Positions 28,624 to 37,622 of a DNA stretch of 64,000 bases are shown one piece after another. The notes beneath the pieces were generated by a model. It made no database searches. It saw only the letters and a list, made by a program, of their open reading frames with translations, and was not told the DNA's origin. The stretch is taken from contig CAYSOX010000002.1 of assembly GCA_964432825.1 (NCBI GenBank), forward strand, positions 16,188-80,187, written 5' to 3'. Positions within the stretch are counted from its first letter, which is position 1. Every line of letters begins with the position of its first letter. Source of the stretch: an uncultured Lachnospiraceae bacterium. GTDB taxonomy: Bacteria; Bacillota; Clostridia; Christensenellales; UBA1242. The position numbers were made by a program, and so were the translations under genes.

Positions 28624-29283
28624 TTTCTGCTCCTTACATTAGTAATTTATATAATTATATTATAACAGACTTACCTCAATGTGCAAACACTTTGTTAAAT
28701 TTTTTCAAAATTTTTCGCCAAAACAAGCAGAACAAAAAGAAAAACACGGAAAGGTGATTGGATTTTACAATTTTTTATTTTAAATACACAAAAAATAAAA
28801 TTAAGTCATTTATAAAGTAAAAAGAACAATCATTTTTGTGATAAAACCTATTTTAATAAAAAAACTTATTAATAAGTTGCAAGATTGTCGCTTTTTTATT
28901 CCGTTTTATGTATTAATCTTAAATGGATAAACCTTAATTTTCACAAAAATATTCAAAATTTTAGATTATGCATATTTACATTGCTTAGAAAAATTAATTT
29001 TGAAGGGTGAAAAGATAAAAAACAGTTTTTTAATATAAAACCATATAAAATTGTTAGGGCTTTTAAGTGGTGTTTTTAAGTGCGGATACAAAGGTTTATT
29101 AAACTGCAAATTACATTCAACGAAATTTGCTAAATTGGTTTACTTTTTATTTTTTAAGTGATATAATTATTTTGCTAAAGATTGAAGGTTTTAAATAAAA
29201 AACCGATAAATTAAGCGATAAAATGTTCCATAACGGGTTTTAAACTTTTAAAATAAAAAATCTTTGTATAATAATCAGAATTT

Positions 29284-29360
29284 GCTCTCGTAGTTCAACT
29301 GGATAGAGCGTTCGGCTTCGAACCGAAATGTTGCGGGTTCAAGTCCTGCCGAGAGCGCCA
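29284..29360 (+). tRNA. tRNA-Arg (anticodon UCG) with encoded CCA
   Basis: Folded by hand. Acceptor stem GCTCTCG/CGAGAGC, D stem GTTC/GAGC, anticodon stem TTCGG/CCGAA with loop CT-TCG-AA, T stem GCGGG/CCTGC with loop TTCAAGT, discriminator G, then CCA. An extended -10 (TGTATAAT) lies at 29265-29272. Confidence 0.9.
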
Positions 29361-29363
29361 AAA

Positions 29364-29402
29364 AATCTCACCATAAGACATTGTTTTGTGGTGAGATTTT
29401 TT
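29364..29402 (+). terminator. Intrinsic terminator after tRNA-Arg
   Basis: ATCTCACCA pairs with TGGTGAGAT, followed by a T6 run. Confidence 0.75.
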
Positions 29403-29700
29403 ACTTATTAACTATTAATTATTCATTTTTCGCTATTCGCTATGAACTACTCACTAGTTACTTATTTATTATTTACTATTTACTATTCGCCGTGCACTAC
29501 TTACTGGTTACTTATTCGCTATTCATTATTCGCTATTCACGCTTTACTATTTGCCATATGCTACTTACTAGTTACTTCTTCACTATTCACTATTAACTAT
29601 TTGTTACATGCTACTCACCATTTGTTTATTCATTATTCACTATTTGTCTATTCATTATTTGTAACTTACTATTCACCATTCATTGTTTGATAAACCATTA
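29403..29700. repeat. G-poor degenerate heptamer tract (about YRCTATT, about 40 units) with a higher-order unit of 55-60 bp
   Basis: CTATT/CTACT/CTAGT/CTTAT strings recur every 7 nt (for example 29433, 29440, 29447, 29454, 29461). I count 22 G in 29401-29700. Two overlapping reading frames stay open (track ORFs 29381..29596 and 29442..29690), which is typical of a repeat rather than a gene. Confidence 0.8.
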
Positions 29701-29917
29701 TTAATTGTTGTTCGAATTTTAAAGTTGTATCTGATAGTGAAAAATTAAATGGTTTTTATAATGATTTTTTCGGGTAAAAATAAGATTATTCTCAGCACAA
29801 TATAAACTATAAAACCCGCTTTACAAAAGCCCTTTAATTTCAACACTGTTATTGACAGAGGGTTTTTATTATGCTACAATTATTTTTGATAATAGTTTGT
29901 GTGAGTGAGGGTGTAAA

Positions 29918-30613
29918 ATGAAAATTTATAAAATTAAAGACGCAAATTGCAGTAAATCTCAAAATTTTATAGGAAACGAGAATGAAGACGTAAAAGAAAT
30001 TTCTGCAATAAGGTTATCGTTTGCTTCGCTTGAACCATTTAGAAGTTATGCTACAGGGGAATTGAAAATTGGTCAAACATATTATTTTTCAACCCCGTTC
30101 AGATTGCCAAAATTTATGTCAATTGCGGATGCTTGTAAGGTTGTCTCCTATTTATCGGATAGGGTTGAGGTGGAAAACGATTTGGTGCCCGTTAGTAAAG
30201 AAAGCGTTTTGATGGTAAGTGATATTTTAGAAGATTATGGATTTTCGAAAATAGAAGGGAAAGACAAAATAAGTGTTCACATGGTTTCAGAAATCGGTTC
30301 TTCTAAAAAAATAGAGGCGACTTATCCATTTTGTGGCGAAATTAAAGGTGTAGCGGATTTATTTACGGTGGGCGGAAATTTTGAAGTCTTCAAAAAGTCG
30401 GATTTATACGACAGATATTTTAATTGGTATAGTGCGGGTGTAACCGAAGAAGAGGTTTTGGATATTTATAAAAAAGTTGAAAGAGTAAAGGAAATTGTCG
30501 ACAATTTTCAGAAAAATTTTCAGTCGATGTCTTATGAAGAACGCGAAGCCTATTTAAAAGAGAGTGGTTTTAATTTTGGGACTCCAGACGAAGAACAATT
30601 GTCGAAAACATAA
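29918..30613 (+). CDS. Hypothetical protein
   Basis: RBS GAGGGTG. 231 aa. No recognisable motif. Confidence 0.6.
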   Translation: MKIYKIKDANCSKSQNFIGNENEDVKEISAIRLSFASLEPFRSYATGELKIGQTYYFSTPFRLPKFMSIADACKVVSYLSDRVEVENDLVPVSKESVLMVSDILEDYGFSKIEGKDKISVHMVSEIGSSKKIEATYPFCGEIKGVADLFTVGGNFEVFKKSDLYDRYFNWYSAGVTEEEVLDIYKKVERVKEIVDNFQKNFQSMSYEEREAYLKESGFNFGTPDEEQLSKT

Positions 30614-30766
30614 TACAGAAAAAGAAATATTGTGGAAGTTATATATTTTATATAAAGTAAACTTTTCGCAAAGTTCAAATTCGGTGCTGTCGCATCTGCA
30701 AAATTTAAATTTTGTCTTTACGGATTAAATAACCATCATTAGAGGGGGAACCTTACGGCTTGTTTG

Positions 30767-30937
30767 TTAACAACTTCTAACAATTGGATAGAAATTTGCA
30801 GGGGTTGAGGTTTCGGGGGTGATAAAGCCCGAACTTGTGTAACCTACAAATTTTAAGTTGGTATCCAATACTGTCGCATCGTCTTGAGCATAAACTCCGC
30901 CTATATGCCAACCAATTTCATAATAAAAAATCGAATC
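30767..30937 (-). pseudogene. Possible gene relic: a 56-codon protein-like open frame without a start codon
   Basis: The minus-strand frame reads DSIFYYEIGWHIGGVYAQDDATVLDTNLKFVGYTSSGFITPETSTPANFYPIVRSC*. It has no ATG or GTG at its head, is bounded upstream by TAA, and coincides with a locally GC-richer patch. Confidence 0.25.
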
Positions 30938-30965
30938 TTAGAAAAACTAAGGCTCGATTTTTTTG
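30924..30965. terminator. Bidirectional intrinsic terminator between convergent genes
   Basis: Stem ATCGAATCTTAG (30930-30941) with CTAAGGCTCGAT (30947-30958): 12 positions with one mismatch and one G-U pair. It is flanked by an A-run and a T-run. Confidence 0.6.
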
Positions 30966-31054
30966 TTATGTAAAATTGTGGTTTGCTTTAAAAGTAAAAA
31001 TTTTGATTTGAACGATAAGCAAATTGTTAAAAACGATGTTAAAAATGTTTAAAA

Positions 31055-31867
31055 TTAAAGAATTGAATTTTCTTCCAAGTGGTTGGTAGTTTTAATAAAA
31101 TTGTTTGTTGGAATAATTTTTGCAAGATTGTTATTTAAAAATTCGATAATTTCTTGGTCGTCTTCACGGATTTTAGAATTATTGAAAGAGGCGTTAAATC
31201 TTTGTGCAAGTTTTTCAAGTTTTCCGCCACCCATTGCTTCTTTGCGATGTTCAACTTTTGGGTTTGTAGAGTTTGTAGTGTAATAAACTGGACTAGTTTG
31301 TAAGGCTTCTTGATAACTTTTGAAACGATTTTTGCCTAGAACCATATGCGAAGAAGTTATTTTTTTAAATAGTTTATAATTTGCGAATTTGCTTTCGGTG
31401 GCGTTTAAATATAGTCGTTCATCCGTTTGTAATTGAATGTCAAAATATTCAAATTTACCGAAGCGGTTTCTGGTAAGCCCGCGGTAACTAATTTTTTGGG
31501 TTGTTCCATACATATTGCCGTTATTTAGTGCTGGAGTTTCGGTACTTTCGATGTCTACCACAAAAGGGACACCTTTAAACATTAATATATTCTGCTCAGA
31601 GTATTGGTTTGCGCCGTTTTTGTGACTGTTTTTTAATGCGAACTTATTTTCGGCATTTAAATAATTTTCGATATAGTCGGCATATCTTTCTTCGGCGGTT
31701 GTTTTAATGTGGATTGTTTTTTCATCCTCGGTTGCTTCCTTAACTTTTTGTTTAAAAAATTTTGGAAGAATTCCGCCTTCAATTCTTATATTTGCAATGC
31801 TTTTTATAAATTTATTTTTAAACAAGCTATTGTTATAACTTGCAAGTCTTTCTTCTTTCTTTTCCAT
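31055..31867 (-). CDS. Hypothetical protein
   Basis: RBS AAGGGTG. 270 aa. No recognisable motif. Confidence 0.6.
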   Translation of the reverse strand: MEKKEERLASYNNSLFKNKFIKSIANIRIEGGILPKFFKQKVKEATEDEKTIHIKTTAEERYADYIENYLNAENKFALKNSHKNGANQYSEQNILMFKGVPFVVDIESTETPALNNGNMYGTTQKISYRGLTRNRFGKFEYFDIQLQTDERLYLNATESKFANYKLFKKITSSHMVLGKNRFKSYQEALQTSPVYYTTNSTNPKVEHRKEAMGGGKLEKLAQRFNASFNNSKIREDDQEIIEFLNNNLAKIIPTNNFIKTTNHLEENSIL

Positions 31868-32132
31868 AATTGTTCACCCTTTATTAATTTTAGGGTTCGA
31901 TTATATCATACCAATTTAAAAATTTCAAGATGTATAACCAAATTTACATCCAAACAATGTTTAAAATTGAAAAAAATAAACAAAAAAAATATTGCTGTTT
32001 AATCAACAACCTGCCAACTTTTCGCAAAATATACTAATTTCAAAACAGCCTCAAAATTGCCCCTTTTTGGCAGTTTAATGTTTTTATGAATAAACTATCG
32101 ACGACTACCTAAAAAGTGGCGAAATTTTATTC

Positions 32133-32150
32133 TTCGAACATATGTTCGAA
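32133..32150. promoter_or_regulatory. Perfect 18-bp palindrome TTCGAACATATGTTCGAA (candidate protein-binding site)
   Basis: Read directly from the sequence. It lies in the ORF-free stretch about 190 bp before the first parS site. Confidence 0.4.
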
Positions 32151-32340
32151 AAGTAAAAGGGCTTGCAGTTGGTCTTTTCTGTTTCAAAACCCGTTGTGTT
32201 TTAGGTGATGTTTGGTGTTTGGCTTATATAATTCGAAGCGATTTTACGAATGGTTTTATAGATTTTGCGACCTGCCTTTTTAAGTTTTTGATGCCATTAT
32301 TTAATCCGTGAAGTGCCGAAAATTTTGGATGAAATAAAAA

Positions 32341-32356
32341 TGTTTCACGTGAAACA
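32341..32356. promoter_or_regulatory. parS: parS site, perfect 16-mer TGTTTCACGTGAAACA
   Basis: Exact match to the palindromic parS consensus bound by chromosomal ParB/Spo0J. Confidence 0.9.
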
Positions 32357-32383
32357 TTTTGTTCTGAGACGACAACTTACTTG

Positions 32384-32399
32384 TGTTTCACGCGAAACA
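32384..32399. promoter_or_regulatory. parS: parS site with 1 mismatch (TGTTTCACGCGAAACA)
   Basis: 15 of 16 positions match the consensus. It lies 43 bp from the first site. Confidence 0.8.
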
Positions 32400-32672
32400 A
32401 TTTGGCGGGTTCTTGTAGGTATGTGACAATTAAAAGGCTTAAAAGTATCAGGTTGGATATTGCTTTAATGTTTATGTTGGGTTCGTTTACCCATGGCCGA
32501 AAGAGGGCTTATTTATTAGTTACCTTTCATATGGAGTTTTTATTTAATTAAAATTATCCCATATCCCCTACCTTTGGTTGTTTCGTTACAGAATGGCTTA
32601 CTGGGGCATTTTCGCTAATTTAAATTAAACCCAAAGGGCTTTAAGATGCATTTAGTATTGTATTTAAGTAAA

Positions 32673-32688
32673 TGTTTCACGTGAAACA
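32673..32688. promoter_or_regulatory. parS: parS site, perfect 16-mer
   Basis: TGTTTCACGTGAAACA with the palindrome extended by flanking AA..TT. A left half-site (TGTTTCACG) follows at 32716. Confidence 0.9.
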
Positions 32689-32995
32689 TTTTGCATATTT
32701 GTTGGTAAATAAAGGTGTTTCACGATTGGATTTACCTTTTAAAATAAGCGATTTGCTGTGCGAGTAAGCGGTTTAGTGTAAATGTTTACATTGTATATAT
32801 AGATAATGTTATTGATTTATTTGTAGCAAGATATTTATTATTGTAAGACTTATAACCATTAGAGGAATTGGTTAATATGTAGCAAATTGTTAAAAAGTAT
32901 TTTAATAAGCCAACAAAAAAAGTTATTAAGCAATATTAGATTTTGCAAATTAGGTGAATTGTGAAACAATAGCAAATAAGTTAAGCAAAAGCCAA

Positions 32996-33011
32996 TGTTT
33001 CACGTGAAACA
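32996..33011. promoter_or_regulatory. parS: parS site, perfect 16-mer
   Basis: TGTTTCACGTGAAACA. A right half-site, GTGAAACA, lies at 32961-32968. Confidence 0.9.
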
Positions 33012-33273
33012 TTGGCTTTTGATGTGTAAAGTAGTTTAAATGAATAAATGTATAAATTGATAAATAAATAACAGCAAGCAATTTTCAGTTTAAAAACCAT
33101 CTTGTTAAAAAGCATATTTAAAAAATATGTGGCATATATTGTATTCGAAATAAAATGCGACAAATTAAACAAAAATGTTATGATAAAACCATAAATACAA
33201 AAAACAAAGAATGTGGCTTATAAAATTATGCCCAAAAGTGAAACATCTAACCAATAAAAGAATTTAGTAAAAA

Positions 33274-33289
33274 TGTTTCACGTGAAAAA
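33274..33289. promoter_or_regulatory. parS: parS site with 1 mismatch (TGTTTCACGTGAAAAA)
   Basis: 15 of 16 positions match. A right half-site, GTGAAACA, lies at 33238-33245. Confidence 0.75.
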
Positions 33290-33540
33290 CTAGTTTATTT
33301 AAAATTTAAAAACTGAAAAAGCGAAGTGTGAGATGTGCCCAAAATTGAAGCAAACAAAAAGCAATTTAAACAATAAAATCTTAAACAAAAAATTTAAAAA
33401 GTATTAAATTATTAAAAAATGCAATGAAGTGCCAGATATCAAAAAGTTGAATTTTAACAATTAAATATTGATTGCCAAATAAATAGTTTTTAACAAAAGT
33501 TGAACATTTGTTAAAAGCCAAAAATTATAATATTCCAAAA

Positions 33541-33556
33541 TGTTTCCCGTGAAAAA
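33541..33556. promoter_or_regulatory. parS: Degenerate parS-like site with 2 mismatches (TGTTTCCCGTGAAAAA)
   Basis: 14 of 16 positions match. It is the last member of the cluster. Confidence 0.55.
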
Positions 33557-33728
33557 TTGTTAAAAAAGCAAAAAAATTTCACAAGAAAAAAACAACATAT
33601 TCCTTTAAAATAAAGCCATTTAATTTTAACTATTCGCAAAATATTATAAACTAAACACAATAAAAATCGCAAAAAAATAAAGCCTGCTAGATAGATTTTT
33701 TGCAGACTTTATCTATTTATTTTGATAA

Positions 33729-34490
33729 TTAACGAGTTGCAATCCATTCATTGATGGTGGCTGAAATATCATAATTTTTATCAATTAATTTAAAGGCAAA
33801 TTCGCTTATAGGTTTTCCTAAAAAAGATTCGTTCAAACGATTAAAAAAACCGTCAAACATTGATACGCCTCTAAAGATTGATAAAACCAAGCAAATTGTA
33901 AATAAAAGTTCAACCGCCGACAATAGTCCAACCAATCCGCCCAAAGTTCGGTCAATTTTGCTTAAAATTTTGGTTGATTTTAATATTTTTCGTTCAAGTC
34001 TATTTAATATCCAAATTATAATTGAAAGAATAATAAATATTGCGATGAAAGTGCATACAATTAATATTAGGGTGGAAAGTGATTTGCCGACTATTTCAGC
34101 AAGGGTGATGGATTCGGTATTTGCCAAAGAATCTGGTGTTATGTTTAATAGCCCCGAAATTAATCCGCGGAAAATCTTTGGAATATTTGCTTCTCCCAAG
34201 GCGGTTTTAACAAACTCATTCAAATTTTCGCTAGGTATAGTTTTTAGGTTCACGCTAAAATTTTCGCCTAGTCCCACCGCCCAATCGCTACATTTTTCAA
34301 ACACGCTGGTTCCAAGTTTGGTTTTGTTTGCAAGAAAGTTTGCTACCGGCTTACTTAAAAAAAATGAGATAGCAAGTTTCACAAAGAAACCGCAAAATCT
34401 AGTGAGTGACCGAATAAAACCACTAAAGATGCCTATAATTATCGATAAAGCAACAATAACAATAATAATTATATCAATATATGTAAACAT
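33729..34490 (-). CDS. CvpA-family membrane protein
   Basis: The N-terminus YIDIIIIVIVALSIIIGIFSGFIRSL and the multi-TM layout resemble colicin V production protein family members. It is longer than typical members. Confidence 0.65.
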   Translation of the reverse strand: MFTYIDIIIIVIVALSIIIGIFSGFIRSLTRFCGFFVKLAISFFLSKPVANFLANKTKLGTSVFEKCSDWAVGLGENFSVNLKTIPSENLNEFVKTALGEANIPKIFRGLISGLLNITPDSLANTESITLAEIVGKSLSTLILIVCTFIAIFIILSIIIWILNRLERKILKSTKILSKIDRTLGGLVGLLSAVELLFTICLVLSIFRGVSMFDGFFNRLNESFLGKPISEFAFKLIDKNYDISATINEWIATR

Positions 34491-34645
34491 TTTTCTCTCC
34501 TTTTAATTAATTTTAACAAAAAAATGCAATATAAACAATGAAATTTTAGCGAAATTTTAAAATATTCACATTAATTTGATTGAAACTAAATTAATAATAT
34601 GTTAATATATAATATGTTATAAAACAAATTCTGGAGGTTAATTTT

Positions 34646-36724
34646 TTGGAAAACAATATGAATTCGGGAGAGCGATCAAGATATCAACAAAAATCTCCCC
34701 TTTTAAAAAATATTTTAAGCATTGCATTTTTGCTTTTGATATGCGTGTGCTTATTCTTTTTGACAACGTCGGCGGGCAAAAAGGAAATTGGCGAGGCGCA
34801 GTTCCGCGAAGATATCAAGGCGGGCAAAATTGAATGCGTTGAGTTTACATCAAACTATATTGCCGTATATTATAAAAATGATGCAGGCGGAGATGTTTGC
34901 TATTTAGGTCCGGGGCTAAGCGAGTCGGTAAATGAAATAGTTGACAAATATAATTCTGAAAATCCGCTAACTGATGTAGATAAAATAAGCCCAATTGTTT
35001 CAGATTTTTCGTGGAGTTATATATTATTCCCTGTAATAATGATTGGTGGAGCAATTTTAGTTATATTTATTTTCAGCCGACAAATTGGAAAGTCAAACAA
35101 ACAAAGTATGGATTTTGTTAAAAACCGTGCAAAAATAGCACTAAGCAATGTTCGTTTTGCCGATGTTGCAGGTGCAGACGAAGAAAAAGAAGAAGTTCGT
35201 GAAATTGTGGAGTTTTTGAAAAATCCTCAAAAATTTACCCAAATGGGTGCAAGAATCCCAAGAGGCGTGCTGATGGTTGGACCTCCTGGAACGGGTAAAA
35301 CCTTGCTTGCAAAAGCAATTGCCGGTGAAGCAAATGTTCCCTTCTTTACAATAAGCGGTTCAGATTTTATGGAACTATTTGTTGGTGTCGGTGCAAGCCG
35401 TGTTAGAGACTTGTTTGACAAAGCAAAGAAATCGGCACCATGTATTGTATTTATTGATGAAATTGATGCTATTGGTCGTCAACGCGGAACGGGAATGGGT
35501 GGCGGAAACGACGAAAGAGAACAAACTTTAAACCAACTACTTGTGCAGATGGATGGTTTTGAGACCAACGAGGGTGTTATAATAATTGCGGCAACAAACC
35601 GTGTAGATATCTTAGACCCAGCATTGTTAAGACCGGGAAGATTTGATAGACAGGTGCATATCCATGTTCCAGATGTTAAGGGAAGAGAAGAAATATTAAA
35701 AGTGCATGGCAGAAATAAACACTTCGCAAGTGATGTAGATTTTAAACAAATTGCCAGAGTTACAAGTGGCTTTACTGGTGCCGAACTTGAAAATTTATTA
35801 AATGAATCGGCAATTTTAGCAGCGCGTGACAATAAGCCATTTATTGATATGCGAGATATTAGCGAGGGTATAGATAAAGTTACAATGGGACCTCAAAAGA
35901 AGAGTAGAATTGTGACAGAAAAGGACAGAAAGATAACAGCCTTCCACGAATCAGGTCATGCCGTTGTGGGTCGTCTTGTAAAAAATTCCGACCCTGTGCA
36001 CGAAGTTTCGATTGTTCCGCGTGGTAGTGCTGCAGGTTATACGGTTAGTAGGCCGGATTCAGACGACACACATATTACAAAATCTAAGTTAAAAGATGCA
36101 ATAACAATGATGCTTGCAGGCAGAAAGGCAGAAGAAATATTTATTGGAGATTACACAACGGGTGCATCTAATGATATTGAGCGTGCTACAGGTATTGCAA
36201 GAAAAATGGTTGTAGAATGGGGAATGGGTGAAAAAACCGGACTTATGCATTTAGGTAGTGAAAACTCATACTTTTTGGGTAAAGATTATATGGAAAGGGT
36301 CACTTACTCCGACCATTATGCAAACATTATTGATGATGAAGTAAAACAAATTTTAAAAGAATGCGAAAAGAATGCTGAAGAATTGATAGAGGGTAACAAA
36401 TCGGTAGTTGAGACAATGGCAAATGTGTTGTTGCAAAAAGAAACAATATATTCAAACGAAGTTGACTTAATTATGAAAGGTGCAAGCGTTGATGAAGTTG
36501 TTGAAAAAATAAACCAAACACTTGCAAAACCTACTGAAGAAAAGATTGAAGGCGACGACGATGTTGTGGACGGGCTAAGAACCAACCGTATAAAGACAAC
36601 ATCTTCACCAAAAACTTGCGGAGAGGAGAAACTTTCACCGTCAGACACCTTAAAAAGTGATGAAATTAGCGAAACATTTTCTGACGCAATTGAAAAGACC
36701 GAAAAAGATAAAAGGAAAAAATAA
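34646..36724 (+). CDS. ftsH: ATP-dependent zinc metalloprotease FtsH
   Basis: [18 protein letters not shown], the SRH segment, and the zinc site HESGHAV. The start is TTG at 34646 (RBS GGAGG) or ATG at 34658. Confidence 0.95.
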   Translation: MENNMNSGERSRYQQKSPLLKNILSIAFLLLICVCLFFLTTSAGKKEIGEAQFREDIKAGKIECVEFTSNYIAVYYKNDAGGDVCYLGPGLSESVNEIVDKYNSENPLTDVDKISPIVSDFSWSYILFPVIMIGGAILVIFIFSRQIGKSNKQSMDFVKNRAKIALSNVRFADVAGADEEKEEVREIVEFLKNPQKFTQMGARIPRGVLMVGPPGTGKTLLAKAIAGEANVPFFTISGSDFMELFVGVGASRVRDLFDKAKKSAPCIVFIDEIDAIGRQRGTGMGGGNDEREQTLNQLLVQMDGFETNEGVIIIAATNRVDILDPALLRPGRFDRQVHIHVPDVKGREEILKVHGRNKHFASDVDFKQIARVTSGFTGAELENLLNESAILAARDNKPFIDMRDISEGIDKVTMGPQKKSRIVTEKDRKITAFHESGHAVVGRLVKNSDPVHEVSIVPRGSAAGYTVSRPDSDDTHITKSKLKDAITMMLAGRKAEEIFIGDYTTGASNDIERATGIARKMVVEWGMGEKTGLMHLGSENSYFLGKDYMERVTYSDHYANIIDDEVKQILKECEKNAEELIEGNKSVVETMANVLLQKETIYSNEVDLIMKGASVDEVVEKINQTLAKPTEEKIEGDDDVVDGLRTNRIKTTSSPKTCGEEKLSPSDTLKSDEISETFSDAIEKTEKDKRKK

Positions 36725-36729
36725 AACAG

Positions 36730-37308
36730 ATGAAACATAAAATTATACTACCAATAATCGGGGCAATAGCGGTTGTAGTGATTGCAAGTTTAATTGTTTT
36801 TGCAAGTCGCTACACCGCGTCAAACATTGCATTTGCAAACCCACAAACCATTAATATTTATTATAAGTCCCAGACAGCAAAAAAGACAATTGCAGAAGAT
36901 TCGGACGAATACAAAAGTATTGTAGATGCTTTTAGTGATACATTTAAAAAATCCCACCTTGCTCAAATTGCAAGTGATGATTTTATCAATCCTACCGTTG
37001 AAGAAGATTTAACGGGTGTAGTTTGGACGGATTATAATTTAGACGAAGGATTGTTTTTAGAGTTTGAGTTTGAAAAAGCACAAAAAATGATAATAAGCCG
37101 AAAGGGTAACACTCGAACTATTTATATAACAAAAATAATTTTTAAAATTGACGAAAGCGCGGGTGTAAAAAATAATTACTTGTATTATGCAATTGATGAT
37201 AAATATGTTAACGACCCTAAAGATACGGGTGATAGTGAAATTTATTATCCACTAGTTGCACAGGGCGAAACCGTAAAACTTTATAACATAATCAAGGAGT
37301 TATTATAA
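36730..37308 (+). CDS. Hypothetical membrane-anchored protein
   Basis: One N-terminal TM segment. The stop overlaps the next start (TAATG). Confidence 0.55.
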   Translation: MKHKIILPIIGAIAVVVIASLIVFASRYTASNIAFANPQTINIYYKSQTAKKTIAEDSDEYKSIVDAFSDTFKKSHLAQIASDDFINPTVEEDLTGVVWTDYNLDEGLFLEFEFEKAQKMIISRKGNTRTIYITKIIFKIDESAGVKNNYLYYAIDDKYVNDPKDTGDSEIYYPLVAQGETVKLYNIIKELL

Positions 37309-37619
37309 TGAAAAAAGAAAATATATCTAAAATATTAATAATAAGCGGTGTGGTGGTTTTAATAATTGCAACAATTTTGGGAATAATCACATTGGTTGAG
37401 TCGGTGGCTTATTCTAATACAATTATCCCAAAAGCCGAAACCGAATTCAGTGTAAGTGGGAATGGCAAGGTTTTTGAGGCTCAAAACTTAAAGCAGTCGC
37501 ATCTTGATGCATGCTTAGGATTAATCCCTTGGGGTGTGTCAATTATGATTGCGGGAGTTGTTATTCTTGGAGTTGGGCTAATCTTGCAAATTAAGAGAAA
37601 AGAAATAAAGGTAAGATAA
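37308..37619 (+). CDS. Hypothetical small membrane protein (2 TM segments)
   Basis: RBS AAGGAG. Two hydrophobic segments. Confidence 0.55.
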   Translation: MKKENISKILIISGVVVLIIATILGIITLVESVAYSNTIIPKAETEFSVSGNGKVFEAQNLKQSHLDACLGLIPWGVSIMIAGVVILGVGLILQIKRKEIKVR

Positions 37620-37622
37620 TTA

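Noticed and set aside
29381-29690. Two overlapping + strand ORFs (71 and 82 aa) with Y/L/F/T/I-rich products.
   Set aside because: They are translations of the 7-nt-periodic G-poor repeat, which keeps two frames open. They have no RBS and no plausible protein composition.
29284-29917. A genomic island or prophage attachment site at tRNA-Arg.
   Set aside because: There is no integrase or phage gene nearby, and I found no downstream direct repeat of the tRNA 3' end.
32341-33556. A CRISPR-like array suggested by the repeated 16-20-nt element.
   Set aside because: The repeat is a perfect palindrome identical to parS. The spacing is irregular (43-323 bp). Copies decay into half-sites. No cas genes are present.
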